Shown here piece by piece: positions 35,367 to 45,556 of a DNA stretch of 52,850 bases; position 1 is the stretch's first letter, and each line of letters opens with the position of its first letter. The stretch is from a virus (taxonomy: Duplodnaviria; Caudoviricetes), in IMG/VR virus record IMGVR_UViG_3300048930_000349, positions 1-52,850 of that record; one strand, 5' to 3'. The notes under the pieces are model-generated. The model saw only the letters and a list, made by a program, of their open reading frames with translations. It searched no databases and was not told the origin of the DNA. The translations under genes were made by a program, and so were the position numbers.

Positions 35367-36227
35367 CTATGATGTCCGAAGCGCGATCGACATGGCGGCC
35401 CAGCAGCCGAAGGAACCGCCCGCATGGGTGAAGGCAGCGGCATCGAAAGGTCCGCTCGTCCAGTCCGGTTTGTGCCCGATTCCCAGGCTGACCATGTTCG
35501 TATCTGAAGCCCCGATGGTCAGGAAGTCCGTGAGATCGGAGCTGGAGAAAGTGAGCGTCCCGGAGACATGGCCGGTGGATCCGGCGCACACGATATAGGA
35601 GCCATCCGTCGCCGGGGTGATGCTCGGCGGATTCGCGGCGGAGTTCGATGCCTGGGTTGCCGTTGTGGTGGTCACGTCGATCGGGGTCGATACGTTCACC
35701 CCCCGGAACACATAGGCCGCCATGGTCCCGGCGTCAGAGGTGCTGCCGGTCGGGCCGAAGGTGATGGTGGTGTCGCCCGTGATGAACTTGTAGGCCACCC
35801 TGAAATTGGTGCCGCCGATCGAATTGGTGATGAACAGCTCGCTGCCGATCAGCGTGTAGTCGGTTGACCCGTCCGTGATGGCCAGCGTGCGATCGGCAAG
35901 AGAGCCGGTGCCGAACACCCCAATGACGAAATCACCGCTTGAGGCGGAGCTGGCGATGCCTCCCGTCAGCCCCGAATTCAGGGCGATGGTGCTGTTCCCG
36001 CTGGTGGCGCCGAGCTTCGATGCCGTGGCCCCGCCAACGAACTGGATGTTAGAACCGGCGGGCGCGTCCGCTGGTTGCCGGGCATCAAACCCGCCCAACT
36101 GGTTGACCGTCAGGGCCGCGCGGGCGGGGCGGATGATGGCCGGAGCGCAGGGGACGAACAGACCCACACCGGCCTTGAGCAGGGTGCGCCGCGAGAGCTT
36201 GGGGAGGATCAGCCCCATGTCAGTCAT
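35367..36227 (-). CDS. Tail-fibre-associated beta-rich protein with twin-arginine-like signal
   Basis: SRRTLLKAG...APAIIRPARA; Gly/Thr/Ser-rich beta domain similar to the N-domain of 43027..45057. Confidence 0.65.
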   Translation of the reverse strand: MTDMGLILPKLSRRTLLKAGVGLFVPCAPAIIRPARAALTVNQLGGFDARQPADAPAGSNIQFVGGATASKLGATSGNSTIALNSGLTGGIASSASSGDFVIGVFGTGSLADRTLAITDGSTDYTLIGSELFITNSIGGTNFRVAYKFITGDTTITFGPTGSTSDAGTMAAYVFRGVNVSTPIDVTTTTATQASNSAANPPSITPATDGSYIVCAGSTGHVSGTLTFSSSDLTDFLTIGASDTNMVSLGIGHKPDWTSGPFDAAAFTHAGGSFGCWAAMSIALRTS

Positions 36228-38847
36228 CTACCAGAGCGTTTATGCCATACAGCACCTTGACGCCGATCAACCGGGCATCGGCGGAGAAGGTGTCGGAGCC
36301 GTTGTCGGCGTCCCGATAGACCCGGCACCACACATTGTCGTTCTCCGCCGGGCTTCCCCCGACCGTGATGGCCGAGGTGGCGCTGGAGATCATCAGGTCG
36401 CCGGTCGCCGTGAGGCCATCGGTCACCGTCTGGGCCGTGCCGAAGGCGGTGTCGAGGGCATCATCGTCGCCCCGCGCCAGGCACTGCATCCCCCACACCA
36501 CATTCCCGGAGCCGGAGGCGGCGGTCCACGAGAACTGCGCGGTGATGGTCCCCTCGTTCCAACTTTTTGGCATCCCCACCAGGAATTGAGCGGCCTCGTC
36601 CGTCGCGGCGTCATAGTCGCAGACGTTGAGCATGATCTTGTTGGTGGTGGTCTCGGTCGTGGCCGCCGCGCAGCCCGAGGTCGTGTTGGGCGTCATCGAG
36701 GCGGCGGGAATCCAGATGGTCTCCACCCCGGAAACCCCCAAGGTTGTGCCGGAGATCGAGAAGCCGGTGCCGGGGGTGAGATATTCATAGACCCCGGCCG
36801 AGTCATCCCAGAACAGGAAGCGGTCGGCATTGGGATCCGCAAGGGCGCCGAGGGCCTGGAGGTCCGGGTCATAGGCCAGAACATTGGTGCCGATCGCCAG
36901 CCCCAGACTGGTGCGCTGGGCCGAAGCATTTGCCCCGCCGATGAGATCGCGGCCTGCCGAAGTGAGCGAGGTGGTCGCGGCCGTGCCCGAGCCGGTGAAA
37001 TAGCCCAGCGTATCGGCCGCCGAGGTGAGCCCGGCAAGGGCGGCAAGCTCGGCGTCATAGCCCTGCACGTCCGTCCCAATCACCGTGCCGCTGGCCGTCC
37101 GCACCGCCGCCGCATCGGCCGCGCCGAGGATGCTCAAGCCGGTGGCGCTGGGGGTGGTGGCGCGCACCGTGTCGGCGTCGAGGCCGGAGCCTGACCCGTC
37201 ATTGTCGGCCCGCCAGATGGTGGACCCCTCGAAGGTCAAGCCGCCGGACCCCTTGGCCTCGAGGCGGAGGTCTACGTTGGTGTCATCGCCGGTGGCCCGG
37301 AGGATCGCGGGCGAGCCGGTGGCGTTGTTCTCCACCTCGATGTGGTTGACGGCGGAACCATCCTCCACGAAGGAGAGCAGCTCGCGCGTGCCGTCCCCGA
37401 GGGCGAAGGTGTTGACATCGAGCTGGCCGCCGAGCTGGGGCGTCGAATCCTCCACCAGGTTGGAGATGCCGCCCCCCGCGCCGGGGAGGTCGCTGAACGC
37501 GCAGGCCTTGATCACGCCGCTCTCGAAGCACGGGAAGGTGTCGCCGGAGCCGAATGCCGTCACCGGGGTGGCCATGTCCAGAGACCACACGGCCCCGGAG
37601 GAGGAGACCACGATGTCGCCCTTGTCGCCGTCCGAGACGCCGCCGCCGGAGGGGAGCGAGGACCAGTTCACCTTGGAGAACACGCCGCCCGCGTCCATCA
37701 TCAGGAGGAAGTCGCCGGTCGTTGGCGAGGCCTCGGTGGCGATATCGGCCAGCGTCATGAATTCCATCGTGCCATCCGAATCGTCCCACCACAGCAGCCG
37801 GTCGGCGTTGGGATCGGACAGGCTGGCGCCGGTGCCGCCATCGGCGAGGGCGAGGTCGGTGATGCCGGTGATCGAGCCGCCGGTGATCGACACAGAGGAC
37901 GAGGCCTGGGTGGAGATGGTCCCGAGGCCGAGGGTGGAGCGCATGGTCGAAGCGTCGGCATCGTCCAGCAGATCGCGGCCCGCGCCGGTGATGGTGGTGA
38001 CCGAGGCGGTGCCGCTGCCGGTGAAATAGGGCAGGGCATTGGCGGCCGAGGTCAGCCCCGCAATGGCCTGGAGTTCGGCGTCGTAGGCCTGGACGTTGGA
38101 ACCGATGGCCAGCCCGAGCGTTGTGCGCTGGGCCGAGGCGTCGGCGTCATCTATGAGGTTGCGCCCGGCGGTGGTGAAGGTGGCGAGGGCTGCTGTCCCG
38201 CTGCCGGTGAAGTAGGGAAGCCGGTCGCTGGCGCTGGTCAGGCCCGCGATGGCCAGCAGCTCGGCGTCGGAGATTGAAAGCGTATAGGTGGAGTTGGCCC
38301 CGGCATCGGTGCCGGAGAGGCCCGTTCCCGGCGTGAACACGCGCTCGTTGGTGTTGGTGCCATTGCCGGAGAGCTGGAGATAATCGGCGCCCACCGCCGC
38401 GCCGCCGCCACCACCCGCCGCTCCTGAACTGACCACCCGCCATTGTGTGCCGGTGGTGCGATACTCGAGGGTGTAGAGCGTGCCGGAGACCAGATCGCCG
38501 GAACCGATGGCGGAGCCTGCCGCGTTGGTGACGGAGCGCGCCCCGAGCGAATCGAGGTTGAGGGTCACGGCGCCGGTGCTCGAGCCCGCGGCGATGAAGC
38601 TCACCGTCATGCCGTCCACATAGGCGGTGGCCGGGGCGCTGGGAGAAGCGCAGGCGATGGTGTTGGTGCCGGTCGCCGTGCATTTGATCTTGGCCCGGTT
38701 GTAGAGTTCGGACACCTCGGTGGTGGCGTCGGCCGCGAGGCTGCGGAGGTTGGTGCCGCCGGGGTCGTAGGAGATGCTGCGGTCCTGGGCGAAGGCCGCC
38801 GAGGCCAGCATCAGGAGCATGAGGAGGGTGACGGGGAGATGACGCAT
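36220..38847 (-). CDS. Tail fibre protein with N-terminal Sec-type signal peptide
   Basis: Three DAELxAxAGLTSA...YFTGSGTA...LGL fibre repeats; GSGSGLDAD; N-terminus MRHLPVTLLMLLMLASAAFA|QD. Confidence 0.8.
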   Translation of the reverse strand: MRHLPVTLLMLLMLASAAFAQDRSISYDPGGTNLRSLAADATTEVSELYNRAKIKCTATGTNTIACASPSAPATAYVDGMTVSFIAAGSSTGAVTLNLDSLGARSVTNAAGSAIGSGDLVSGTLYTLEYRTTGTQWRVVSSGAAGGGGGAAVGADYLQLSGNGTNTNERVFTPGTGLSGTDAGANSTYTLSISDAELLAIAGLTSASDRLPYFTGSGTAALATFTTAGRNLIDDADASAQRTTLGLAIGSNVQAYDAELQAIAGLTSAANALPYFTGSGTASVTTITGAGRDLLDDADASTMRSTLGLGTISTQASSSVSITGGSITGITDLALADGGTGASLSDPNADRLLWWDDSDGTMEFMTLADIATEASPTTGDFLLMMDAGGVFSKVNWSSLPSGGGVSDGDKGDIVVSSSGAVWSLDMATPVTAFGSGDTFPCFESGVIKACAFSDLPGAGGGISNLVEDSTPQLGGQLDVNTFALGDGTRELLSFVEDGSAVNHIEVENNATGSPAILRATGDDTNVDLRLEAKGSGGLTFEGSTIWRADNDGSGSGLDADTVRATTPSATGLSILGAADAAAVRTASGTVIGTDVQGYDAELAALAGLTSAADTLGYFTGSGTAATTSLTSAGRDLIGGANASAQRTSLGLAIGTNVLAYDPDLQALGALADPNADRFLFWDDSAGVYEYLTPGTGFSISGTTLGVSGVETIWIPAASMTPNTTSGCAAATTETTTNKIMLNVCDYDAATDEAAQFLVGMPKSWNEGTITAQFSWTAASGSGNVVWGMQCLARGDDDALDTAFGTAQTVTDGLTATGDLMISSATSAITVGGSPAENDNVWCRVYRDADNGSDTFSADARLIGVKVLYGINALVDD

Positions 38848-38856
38848 GGTGCCCTC

Positions 38857-39201
38857 CTAGAAGCCCGAGCCGATGATTCGCAGATTGGAGCCGTCGTAGC
38901 GCATCAGCACGTCGAGGCCGACCTGGATGTCTCCCGATGCGAGGGAATCACCGTTGGGCTTGGTGATTGACTGAGACCCCGACACCCCGGTGATGGTCAT
39001 GGTCATGGGGCCGGTGTTGGCCGCCGTGGGGCGCCAGGCGAAGATCTGGTTCACCTCCCATGAGGGGACCAGGGGGAAGGCGGTGCATACCGCAGCGTTG
39101 GTGCCGGAGGTCTGGGTCAGGGCGACCACGCCCGCCCCGGCGATCTGGACGGGCACCCCATCCACGGCGGCGGAGAGCCTGTCGGTGATTGTGCTGACCA
39201 T
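38857..39201 (-). CDS. Tail fibre anchor-like small protein
   Basis: AANTGPMTMTI...LASGDI...YDG domain, paralogous to the N-domain of the 875-aa fibre. Confidence 0.6.
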   Translation of the reverse strand: MVSTITDRLSAAVDGVPVQIAGAGVVALTQTSGTNAAVCTAFPLVPSWEVNQIFAWRPTAANTGPMTMTITGVSGSQSITKPNGDSLASGDIQVGLDVLMRYDGSNLRIIGSGF

Positions 39202-39205
39202 CTGC

Positions 39206-42200
39206 CTACTCCATCCCGATGAGCAGATCCGAGAAATCGGCCTCCTGCCCGTCCTCCAATACCCTATTTTTCACCTCGGGCCAAACCTCTCGCACGCTCT
39301 GGTCATCGTTGACCTTGCGCTTGCTGTAGCGCGCGAGCAATTCCTCGCCCAATTCGGGTGCCAGGGTTGTGATGTCCTGGATGAGGCTCTCGGTTTCCAT
39401 GTACTCTTTCCCGGCCCAGCCGGGGATGCCGGTGGTGATCAGGGCGTTGCGCGCCTCCACCATCGCCAAGCGCGCGAGAAGCTCCTGGGCGCCGTGGCGC
39501 TGGTCCGGCGTGAGGGTGATGAGTTCTGGCTCCTCCTCATCGCTCTCGATCATCTTCACCCGGTTTCCGGCGATCTCCTTGCGCAAGGCAGAGATGGCGG
39601 CCACAGCATCCTTGGCCCGGCGCATCGGGTGCAGCCGTTCCACCTTGGCCTCGAAATGCGTGGTGAGCTTGGCATAGGCCTTGAGGTTCTCGTCCCGGCC
39701 GTCGAGGAAGGCATCGGCCGCCGTGGCCCCTTGCGACTCGAATATCTCCTTGTAGGTGTTGGCGCCCTGGGCCAGCGGCCCGGATGACTCCGACATCTGG
39801 GCCCAGAATTCCCGGCTCGAGGTCGCCCCGGAGGTCACTTGCTTGAGGAAGCGGCGGGAGATCGCCCCGCTCATGGTCTCGAGCACCGGGCGCTCTTGGG
39901 CGGTGTCGCGGGAAATGTCGGTGATGATCTTGCCCCAGGACGCGCCGAAGCCCTGGATGGCGTGATCAATCATCGCCGGGCTCATGCCGGTCACATAGCC
40001 CATGCCCTTGGCAATTTCCGAGGTCTGGGCGGTGTACTGCCGCCACGGCTCGAAGCCTGCAATATCCCGGCCCACGATCGGGCGGCCGAAGGAGTCAACA
40101 TTGTGGGCGAGTTGGTAACCGACATTGAAGATCGGCACCTCCATCGGAGGTGCGGTCACCTCGAACAGGCCGGACCAGAACGACTCCATCGCCACCGGGT
40201 TGCGCTTGTAAACCGCCTCGAAACCGCGCTCGAACAGGTTAGAGATGAACCCCAGCTCGAAGGGCTTGGGAATGGCGATCCAGTCGCCCGGCCCGCGCTT
40301 CACCATCCAATGGGTGGCGCGGAGATATTCCGAGATCTCCTCATGTTCCGGGTCATCGCGGTAGAGATAGGACAGGCCGAGGCCGAAGACGCCGATCGCC
40401 GCCACCTTGGCCCAGGCCTTGGCCGCCTTGCCGAGGTTGGCCTTGTCCCGGGCCGAGAGCGGCCGCCCTGCCCGGTGGTTGATGTAGGGGGTGATGGCCT
40501 TGCGGATGGCGCCCTCGCCAGTGAGCACGCGCACCGTCTTGTCGAGGCCCTGGAGCGAGGCGTTGAGGAAGGTCACCAGGCGCCGCGCCGCGTGCGTCCT
40601 CGAGCCATGGCGGCCAAAGTCGATATAGTCCCGGGACTGGAAAGCCGCCTCCACCGCGGCCTCGTAATCGTTCAGCCCCTCGCGCTTGGCGCGGTCGAAG
40701 GCCGAGCGGAAGATCCCCAGCCTTGTGCCGGTCTCGGTCAGCTCGGTGAATTCCGCAAAGCCGCGGATCGAGGCGAAGCGCTTGATGGCATAGCCCTTCT
40801 TCTGGAGGGCGCCGAGATCGCGCTTGGCCCGGCCGCGATCGAGGGCCGCGACATTGGCGCCGCCCATGATGCCGCCGAAGGAGTTGTAGATCTGGGTGAT
40901 CTCGCGCTGGGTGATTTCGTCGTAGAGGCCGCGGGCGCCTGTCACGAAAGGGATGAAGGTCTCGCCCGAGAGAACCCAGGCGGACATTTGGTCACGGACA
41001 TAGTTGGCCAAGACGAAAGGCGGCGCGGTGGTGATCGAGTAGCGCAGCGCTGTCGTGGGAAGCGCTAGGGTGGCGGTGAACAGATCCCGCGACTCCTTGT
41101 TCATGCCGGTCATGGCGTCGTAGAGATCCTTACCGAATTCGCCATCCGCCAGGCGCAGCGCGTGCTTCTTGCCATCGCGCCAGGAGTAGATGATCGGCTC
41201 ACCCTTTTCGTTGATCTCGCCCGCCCGGAACACCGTGGCATTGGCGCCCTCGCCCATCATGTCATCGACCAGGGTGGTGAGCGCGTCGATGTCACCGGGG
41301 TTGAGACCGGCCTCCTTGCCTGCCGTGCGCAGCACCTCGTTCACATCCACCGATGTGCCCTTGAGTTGGGTGGACGGAATGCGCTCCAGGATGGCGCCGC
41401 CGCCCGGGCCCGCCTGGCGCGCCAGATCCTCGAGCGCCTTGAAGACATCGTTGCGGCGCATCAGGGCGTTGAAGTGATAGGCGTCCGCCATCATGGACTC
41501 GATCGGGTTGATGATCGAGCGCTTGGACCCCTTGAAGGCCTTGATGATCGAGTTGCGCAGCACGCGGTTCGGCTCGGCGCCCGCCTCCCGGTCGAGGTCG
41601 GTGAGGTCGCGCATGAAGGGCACATAGTCCTTGCGCTGGATCAGCTCCTCGTAGAGTTCCTGGGTGATGAAGCCTGCCTCGTATTTCTTCTTGAGGAGGT
41701 TCTTCTGCCAGCCATAGACCATTTCGGCGGCCTGGATGAAATTCGGGTTTGCCGCCTCGAGTTCGGCAATCGTCACCTCATAGTCGCCGCGGGTGAACTT
41801 GCCCGGCGGGTTGGGAATCTCGCCCGCCAGAAAGCGGTCATACTCGAGCACCGCCCGCCGAGAGATGAGATAGGAAGCGAAGTCCGCGACCAGCGCGTCA
41901 TCCCAGCCGGTCCACTTGTCGCCCCAGGCCACCGCCAGGCCATCCGCCAGGGCCGGGCCCTCGGGGCGCACGCCGCGATAGGGCACGACACCGTGCATGA
42001 GATCCATGTGCCCGGCGGAATAGCTGTCCTGCAGCAGCCGCGCCAGGCGGTAGGGATCCTGGGCGGAGGTGATGTCGAGCGCCTTGCCGGTGCGCTTCTC
42101 GTAGACCTTGAGCAGCTCGTCCACCGCCCGGTTGATCGGGTTGAGCTTGTCCAGGAAGGTGGTGTAGGCGGTCGAGGCGTAGTTGCCGATGGTGGCCCGG

Positions 42201-43030
42201 ATGCCATTCTTCTCGGCCTCCTTGATCACCTCGGTCACGGCATTGCCGCGGCGGGTCGAGACCACATCCCCGGCCACCGCGGCGCGCGAGGGGGCGGTGA
42301 CATGGGCGAGATAGGCCGCCTGGATGCCCTGGATCTGGCGGAGCTGGTCCGGCGCCCGGGTGCGCAGCATGTCCTCAAAGGCCTGGGTGAAGGCCGGAGC
42401 CTGGGCGCGGGCATAGTTCGGGGTGGTGACGTAGTAGCGGAACCACTCGGCAAAGCCCTCGGAAAGCTCCTGGCGCGGATCCGCCCCGGCATAGGCGAGG
42501 GGTTTCAACTCCGCCTCGTTGGCCAGCTTGATGGTGTTCAGCGTCCGGCCCCATTCGGTCTCGAGCGAGTGCGCGGTCTCATGAGTCTGGGTCTCGAAGT
42601 CCGACACCTCGCGGAGGCGGATGACGCCCTGGCCGCGGTCGTATTGGCCTGCCACCTTGCCGCCGCCTGCCGGGGCGCGCTGTAGCCTTCCCTGCCGGAC
42701 GGGGGCGCCGGTCAAGGCCTGGAGATCGGCCGCGATGTCCTCGAGGCGCGGCGCTTCCACTGGCCGGGCCGCCTGGCCCTGGGTGACGGTGCCGCCCTGG
42801 GGGCGGTTGACCGGCATAGCGCCTTGCTGTTGCGGGCGGCGGGCGAAGGCCACGCCCTGGCTGGAGACCGGGAAGCCCTTGGCCTGGATTTGCCCGCGCA
42901 AGCCTTCCAGCTCGGCCGTCAGCTCATCGGCATAGGACTGGATCGCGGTGGCGTCGGACCCGCGCTCCCGGATTTCTGCGATGTCATCGGGAAGGACGCG
43001 GATCGAGGCAAGGCATTTGTTCAGGCTCAT
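39206..43030 (-). CDS. Large ejection/polyvalent protein with zincin (HExxH) and LPD38-like domains
   Basis: 1274 aa; THETAHSLE...EGFAE; C-terminal DFGRHG...FLNASLQG...AIPKPFELG. Confidence 0.75.
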   Translation of the reverse strand: MSLNKCLASIRVLPDDIAEIRERGSDATAIQSYADELTAELEGLRGQIQAKGFPVSSQGVAFARRPQQQGAMPVNRPQGGTVTQGQAARPVEAPRLEDIAADLQALTGAPVRQGRLQRAPAGGGKVAGQYDRGQGVIRLREVSDFETQTHETAHSLETEWGRTLNTIKLANEAELKPLAYAGADPRQELSEGFAEWFRYYVTTPNYARAQAPAFTQAFEDMLRTRAPDQLRQIQGIQAAYLAHVTAPSRAAVAGDVVSTRRGNAVTEVIKEAEKNGIRATIGNYASTAYTTFLDKLNPINRAVDELLKVYEKRTGKALDITSAQDPYRLARLLQDSYSAGHMDLMHGVVPYRGVRPEGPALADGLAVAWGDKWTGWDDALVADFASYLISRRAVLEYDRFLAGEIPNPPGKFTRGDYEVTIAELEAANPNFIQAAEMVYGWQKNLLKKKYEAGFITQELYEELIQRKDYVPFMRDLTDLDREAGAEPNRVLRNSIIKAFKGSKRSIINPIESMMADAYHFNALMRRNDVFKALEDLARQAGPGGGAILERIPSTQLKGTSVDVNEVLRTAGKEAGLNPGDIDALTTLVDDMMGEGANATVFRAGEINEKGEPIIYSWRDGKKHALRLADGEFGKDLYDAMTGMNKESRDLFTATLALPTTALRYSITTAPPFVLANYVRDQMSAWVLSGETFIPFVTGARGLYDEITQREITQIYNSFGGIMGGANVAALDRGRAKRDLGALQKKGYAIKRFASIRGFAEFTELTETGTRLGIFRSAFDRAKREGLNDYEAAVEAAFQSRDYIDFGRHGSRTHAARRLVTFLNASLQGLDKTVRVLTGEGAIRKAITPYINHRAGRPLSARDKANLGKAAKAWAKVAAIGVFGLGLSYLYRDDPEHEEISEYLRATHWMVKRGPGDWIAIPKPFELGFISNLFERGFEAVYKRNPVAMESFWSGLFEVTAPPMEVPIFNVGYQLAHNVDSFGRPIVGRDIAGFEPWRQYTAQTSEIAKGMGYVTGMSPAMIDHAIQGFGASWGKIITDISRDTAQERPVLETMSGAISRRFLKQVTSGATSSREFWAQMSESSGPLAQGANTYKEIFESQGATAADAFLDGRDENLKAYAKLTTHFEAKVERLHPMRRAKDAVAAISALRKEIAGNRVKMIESDEEEPELITLTPDQRHGAQELLARLAMVEARNALITTGIPGWAGKEYMETESLIQDITTLAPELGEELLARYSKRKVNDDQSVREVWPEVKNRVLEDGQEADFSDLLIGME

Positions 43031-45057
43031 CCCTCATCCTCCAGGTAAAATCCGACGATGGCCATCACCAGATCATCGTCGTTCTTGCGTAGCATTATAG
43101 GCGGTTCGATGAGTTTCGCGGGCTTCTTTTTCTTCCGCCGCCCCATGAAGGGGCCTTCCGGCTCAAGGGGGGTGGCGACCACCACAATCAAGGTGGCATC
43201 CGTGCCGGTGAAGCTGTAACTCCCGGCCTCCGCGACCAGCGTCAGGGCCGAGAGCTTCTGCAGCGTGGCGTCTTCGCCGGTGAACAGATAGGCCCCGGCG
43301 TCGGCGGATATCTCGACACCGCGCTCCAGGCTGGCATCGGTCCCGTTGATGGCGTAAGCGCCGCCATCGGCGGCCATCTCGCGGCCAAGCTCGAGGAAGG
43401 CATCAACGCCCGAGACGGTGAAAGACCCCGGCTCTGCGAGAACCTCGCGCGCCAGTTCCAGCCCGGCATCGGTGCCGGTGAACAGGAACGCCCCGGAATC
43501 CGCCCCAATGACCTTATCGGCACCGGACTTGATAAGAGTGGCATCGGTGCCTGTGAATGCGTAGGTTCCGCCGTCTGCGGCTAGTTCGCGGCCATACTCA
43601 AGCGATGCGTCGAAGCCGGTGAAGGCATAAGACCCGGCATCCGCTGCAATCTCGCGCCCGTATTCGAGACTGGCATCCACGCCAGTGAAGACATATGAGC
43701 CCGCGCCCGCAAGGACTTCTCTGCCATATTCAAGGCTGGCATCCTGGCCGTTGAAAGTGAACGCCCCGGCCTCGGCAATGACCTTCCGGCCATATTCGAG
43801 AGATGCGTCTGTTCCGGTGAACGTGTAGGTTCCGGCCCCTGCCAGAACTTCACGCCCCAGTTCGAGGTTGGCGTCCGTCCCTGTGAACAGGAACGATCCC
43901 GCCCCTGCCGTGACCTCACGGCCAAACTCAAGATTGGCGTCCGTGCCGGTGAAGGCGTAGGAGCCAGCCCCGGCGAGAACCTCACGGCCATACTCTAGAG
44001 AAGCGTCCTGTCCTGTGTAGGCATAGGAGCCTGCGTCTGCTGCGACTTCCCGGCCATACTCAAGGTTAGCAGCGGTCCCTGTGAAGGTGAACGCGCCCGG
44101 ATCGGCTGCAATCGACCTGTTGACAAGGGCGGAAGCAGCGCCAGCGAGGGGCAATCCCGCGACCGGACCCAAGCCCGAGTCGAAGATGCCGACAACAGGA
44201 ACAACTGCCGCCGCCTTTTCCAGCGTGGCGGCGGTGCCGGTGAAGGCAAAGGAACCAGCCTCGGCTACTACCTCACGGTTAAACTCTAGATTTGCATCGG
44301 TGCCGGTGACGGTAAAACTGCCCGGATCGGCAACCACCGTGCGGAGCGGTTCTTCCTTGAACGCTGCCGCAACGACGACATGCCTTGCCGATGTGGAGGC
44401 GGTGACGGTGAGGTTGCCGGTTGCGCCTGCCGTGGCCCTGAGAGCATCACCGATGGCCAGCGAGGCGTCCGCGCCCGTCGTGGTGCCGCTGTCGCAGCGT
44501 TCCTGCCACGTGCCTTCGGCGGGGTTGCCTGTTTGGTTTGAGTTGGTGCCGCTGGCCGTGGTCGGGTCCGTTGCGGCGTCAAAATTGGTAACAGTGCTGT
44601 TGCGTGCGCCGCAGAAGCCGAACACCACAAGGTCGCGGGCGTTGGCCGTGGTAAGTCCGGTGACACTGACCGCCGTTGCCGCCGTCGCCAGCGTGGTCGA
44701 GGTCGAGGTTACAAGAACGTCAGATGAACGGTTATTGCCGCGATAGGCGACGATACGCCCAAGGGCCACATTGCCAGCGGTGCGCGTGAATGTCAGTCCC
44801 GGAGCAGACGAGCCCCGGATGCAGTAGAACATATGGCCCGAGCCGATAGAGCCCGTGCCGTTTGCTGTGGTATTGCCAGTGTTCTGGCTGGTGATGCTAA
44901 CCCACGGCGAACCGGGGGAAGAAAATGCAGCGTTTGAGCGGTAGGAGATGACACAGACGAGCAGATCGCCCTGCTGGACGCCCGAAGGCTCCGTGAGCGT
45001 GAGGTTGCCGCTGGCGGCAGTCGCTACCGATGAGACGCCAACGTAACTCCAAGCCAC
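43027..45057 (-). CDS. Fibre/virion protein with 16 copies of a 22-aa repeat
   Basis: Beta N-domain; REVxAxAGSYxFTGxDAxLEYG repeats; basic then acidic-hydrophobic C-tail. Confidence 0.7.
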   Translation of the reverse strand: MAWSYVGVSSVATAASGNLTLTEPSGVQQGDLLVCVISYRSNAAFSSPGSPWVSITSQNTGNTTANGTGSIGSGHMFYCIRGSSAPGLTFTRTAGNVALGRIVAYRGNNRSSDVLVTSTSTTLATAATAVSVTGLTTANARDLVVFGFCGARNSTVTNFDAATDPTTASGTNSNQTGNPAEGTWQERCDSGTTTGADASLAIGDALRATAGATGNLTVTASTSARHVVVAAAFKEEPLRTVVADPGSFTVTGTDANLEFNREVVAEAGSFAFTGTAATLEKAAAVVPVVGIFDSGLGPVAGLPLAGAASALVNRSIAADPGAFTFTGTAANLEYGREVAADAGSYAYTGQDASLEYGREVLAGAGSYAFTGTDANLEFGREVTAGAGSFLFTGTDANLELGREVLAGAGTYTFTGTDASLEYGRKVIAEAGAFTFNGQDASLEYGREVLAGAGSYVFTGVDASLEYGREIAADAGSYAFTGFDASLEYGRELAADGGTYAFTGTDATLIKSGADKVIGADSGAFLFTGTDAGLELAREVLAEPGSFTVSGVDAFLELGREMAADGGAYAINGTDASLERGVEISADAGAYLFTGEDATLQKLSALTLVAEAGSYSFTGTDATLIVVVATPLEPEGPFMGRRKKKKPAKLIEPPIMLRKNDDDLVMAIVGFYLEDEG
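43185..44345 (-). repeat. 66-bp degenerate tandem coding repeat (16 units, one interruption)
   Basis: Counted from the translation of 43027..45057. Confidence 0.85.
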
Positions 45058-45068
45058 GGGCTAACCTC

Positions 45069-45545
45069 CTATCGCTTGGACGCCGCGATGAAGAACTGAT
45101 CCACCTGCGTTTGCGTGAAATTCTGAGCCGTCACGAATGCCTGAAACTCCTGATCAGTCATGCGGATGATGTCGGTGAACTGGAAATATTCCTGCACACC
45201 CTCGCTGGCCGTCGAGAGCCAGTTGAGGAACTGCGTCTTGCGGTTCCGCGCCCTGACTTCGCGGCGGAACTGGAGCGACGTGATGCGCGGCGGGGCGATG
45301 GCTACAGCCAGCGTCCATTGCTTGCGCCATGCGCCGTCCGAGAACATTGGCAGCGCCTCGACTACCCGCTCAAACTCTCCCGGTGTCGGCTGTTCCGTGT
45401 CGAGGACAGGATAGACACCAAATTCAGCCAGCAGTTCATCGGACACTTCGCGCGGGAAGGACGTGTTTGGGTTATCGGCCTTCAGCTTGGCGAGGCTGTA
45501 GGGGTATTCAACGATGGTCTGACCGGAGGCTTTTACGTAAGACAT
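45069..45545 (-). CDS. Tail fibre assembly-like protein
   Basis: YPYSLAKLKADNPNTSFP...LAEFGVYPV; C-terminal ITSLQFR...QVDQFFIAA. Confidence 0.6.
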   Translation of the reverse strand: MSYVKASGQTIVEYPYSLAKLKADNPNTSFPREVSDELLAEFGVYPVLDTEQPTPGEFERVVEALPMFSDGAWRKQWTLAVAIAPPRITSLQFRREVRARNRKTQFLNWLSTASEGVQEYFQFTDIIRMTDQEFQAFVTAQNFTQTQVDQFFIAASKR

Positions 45546-45556
45546 TCTGCGCTCCG

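Noticed and set aside
43185-44345. CRISPR array
   Set aside because: Degenerate in-frame 66-bp coding repeats without unique spacers
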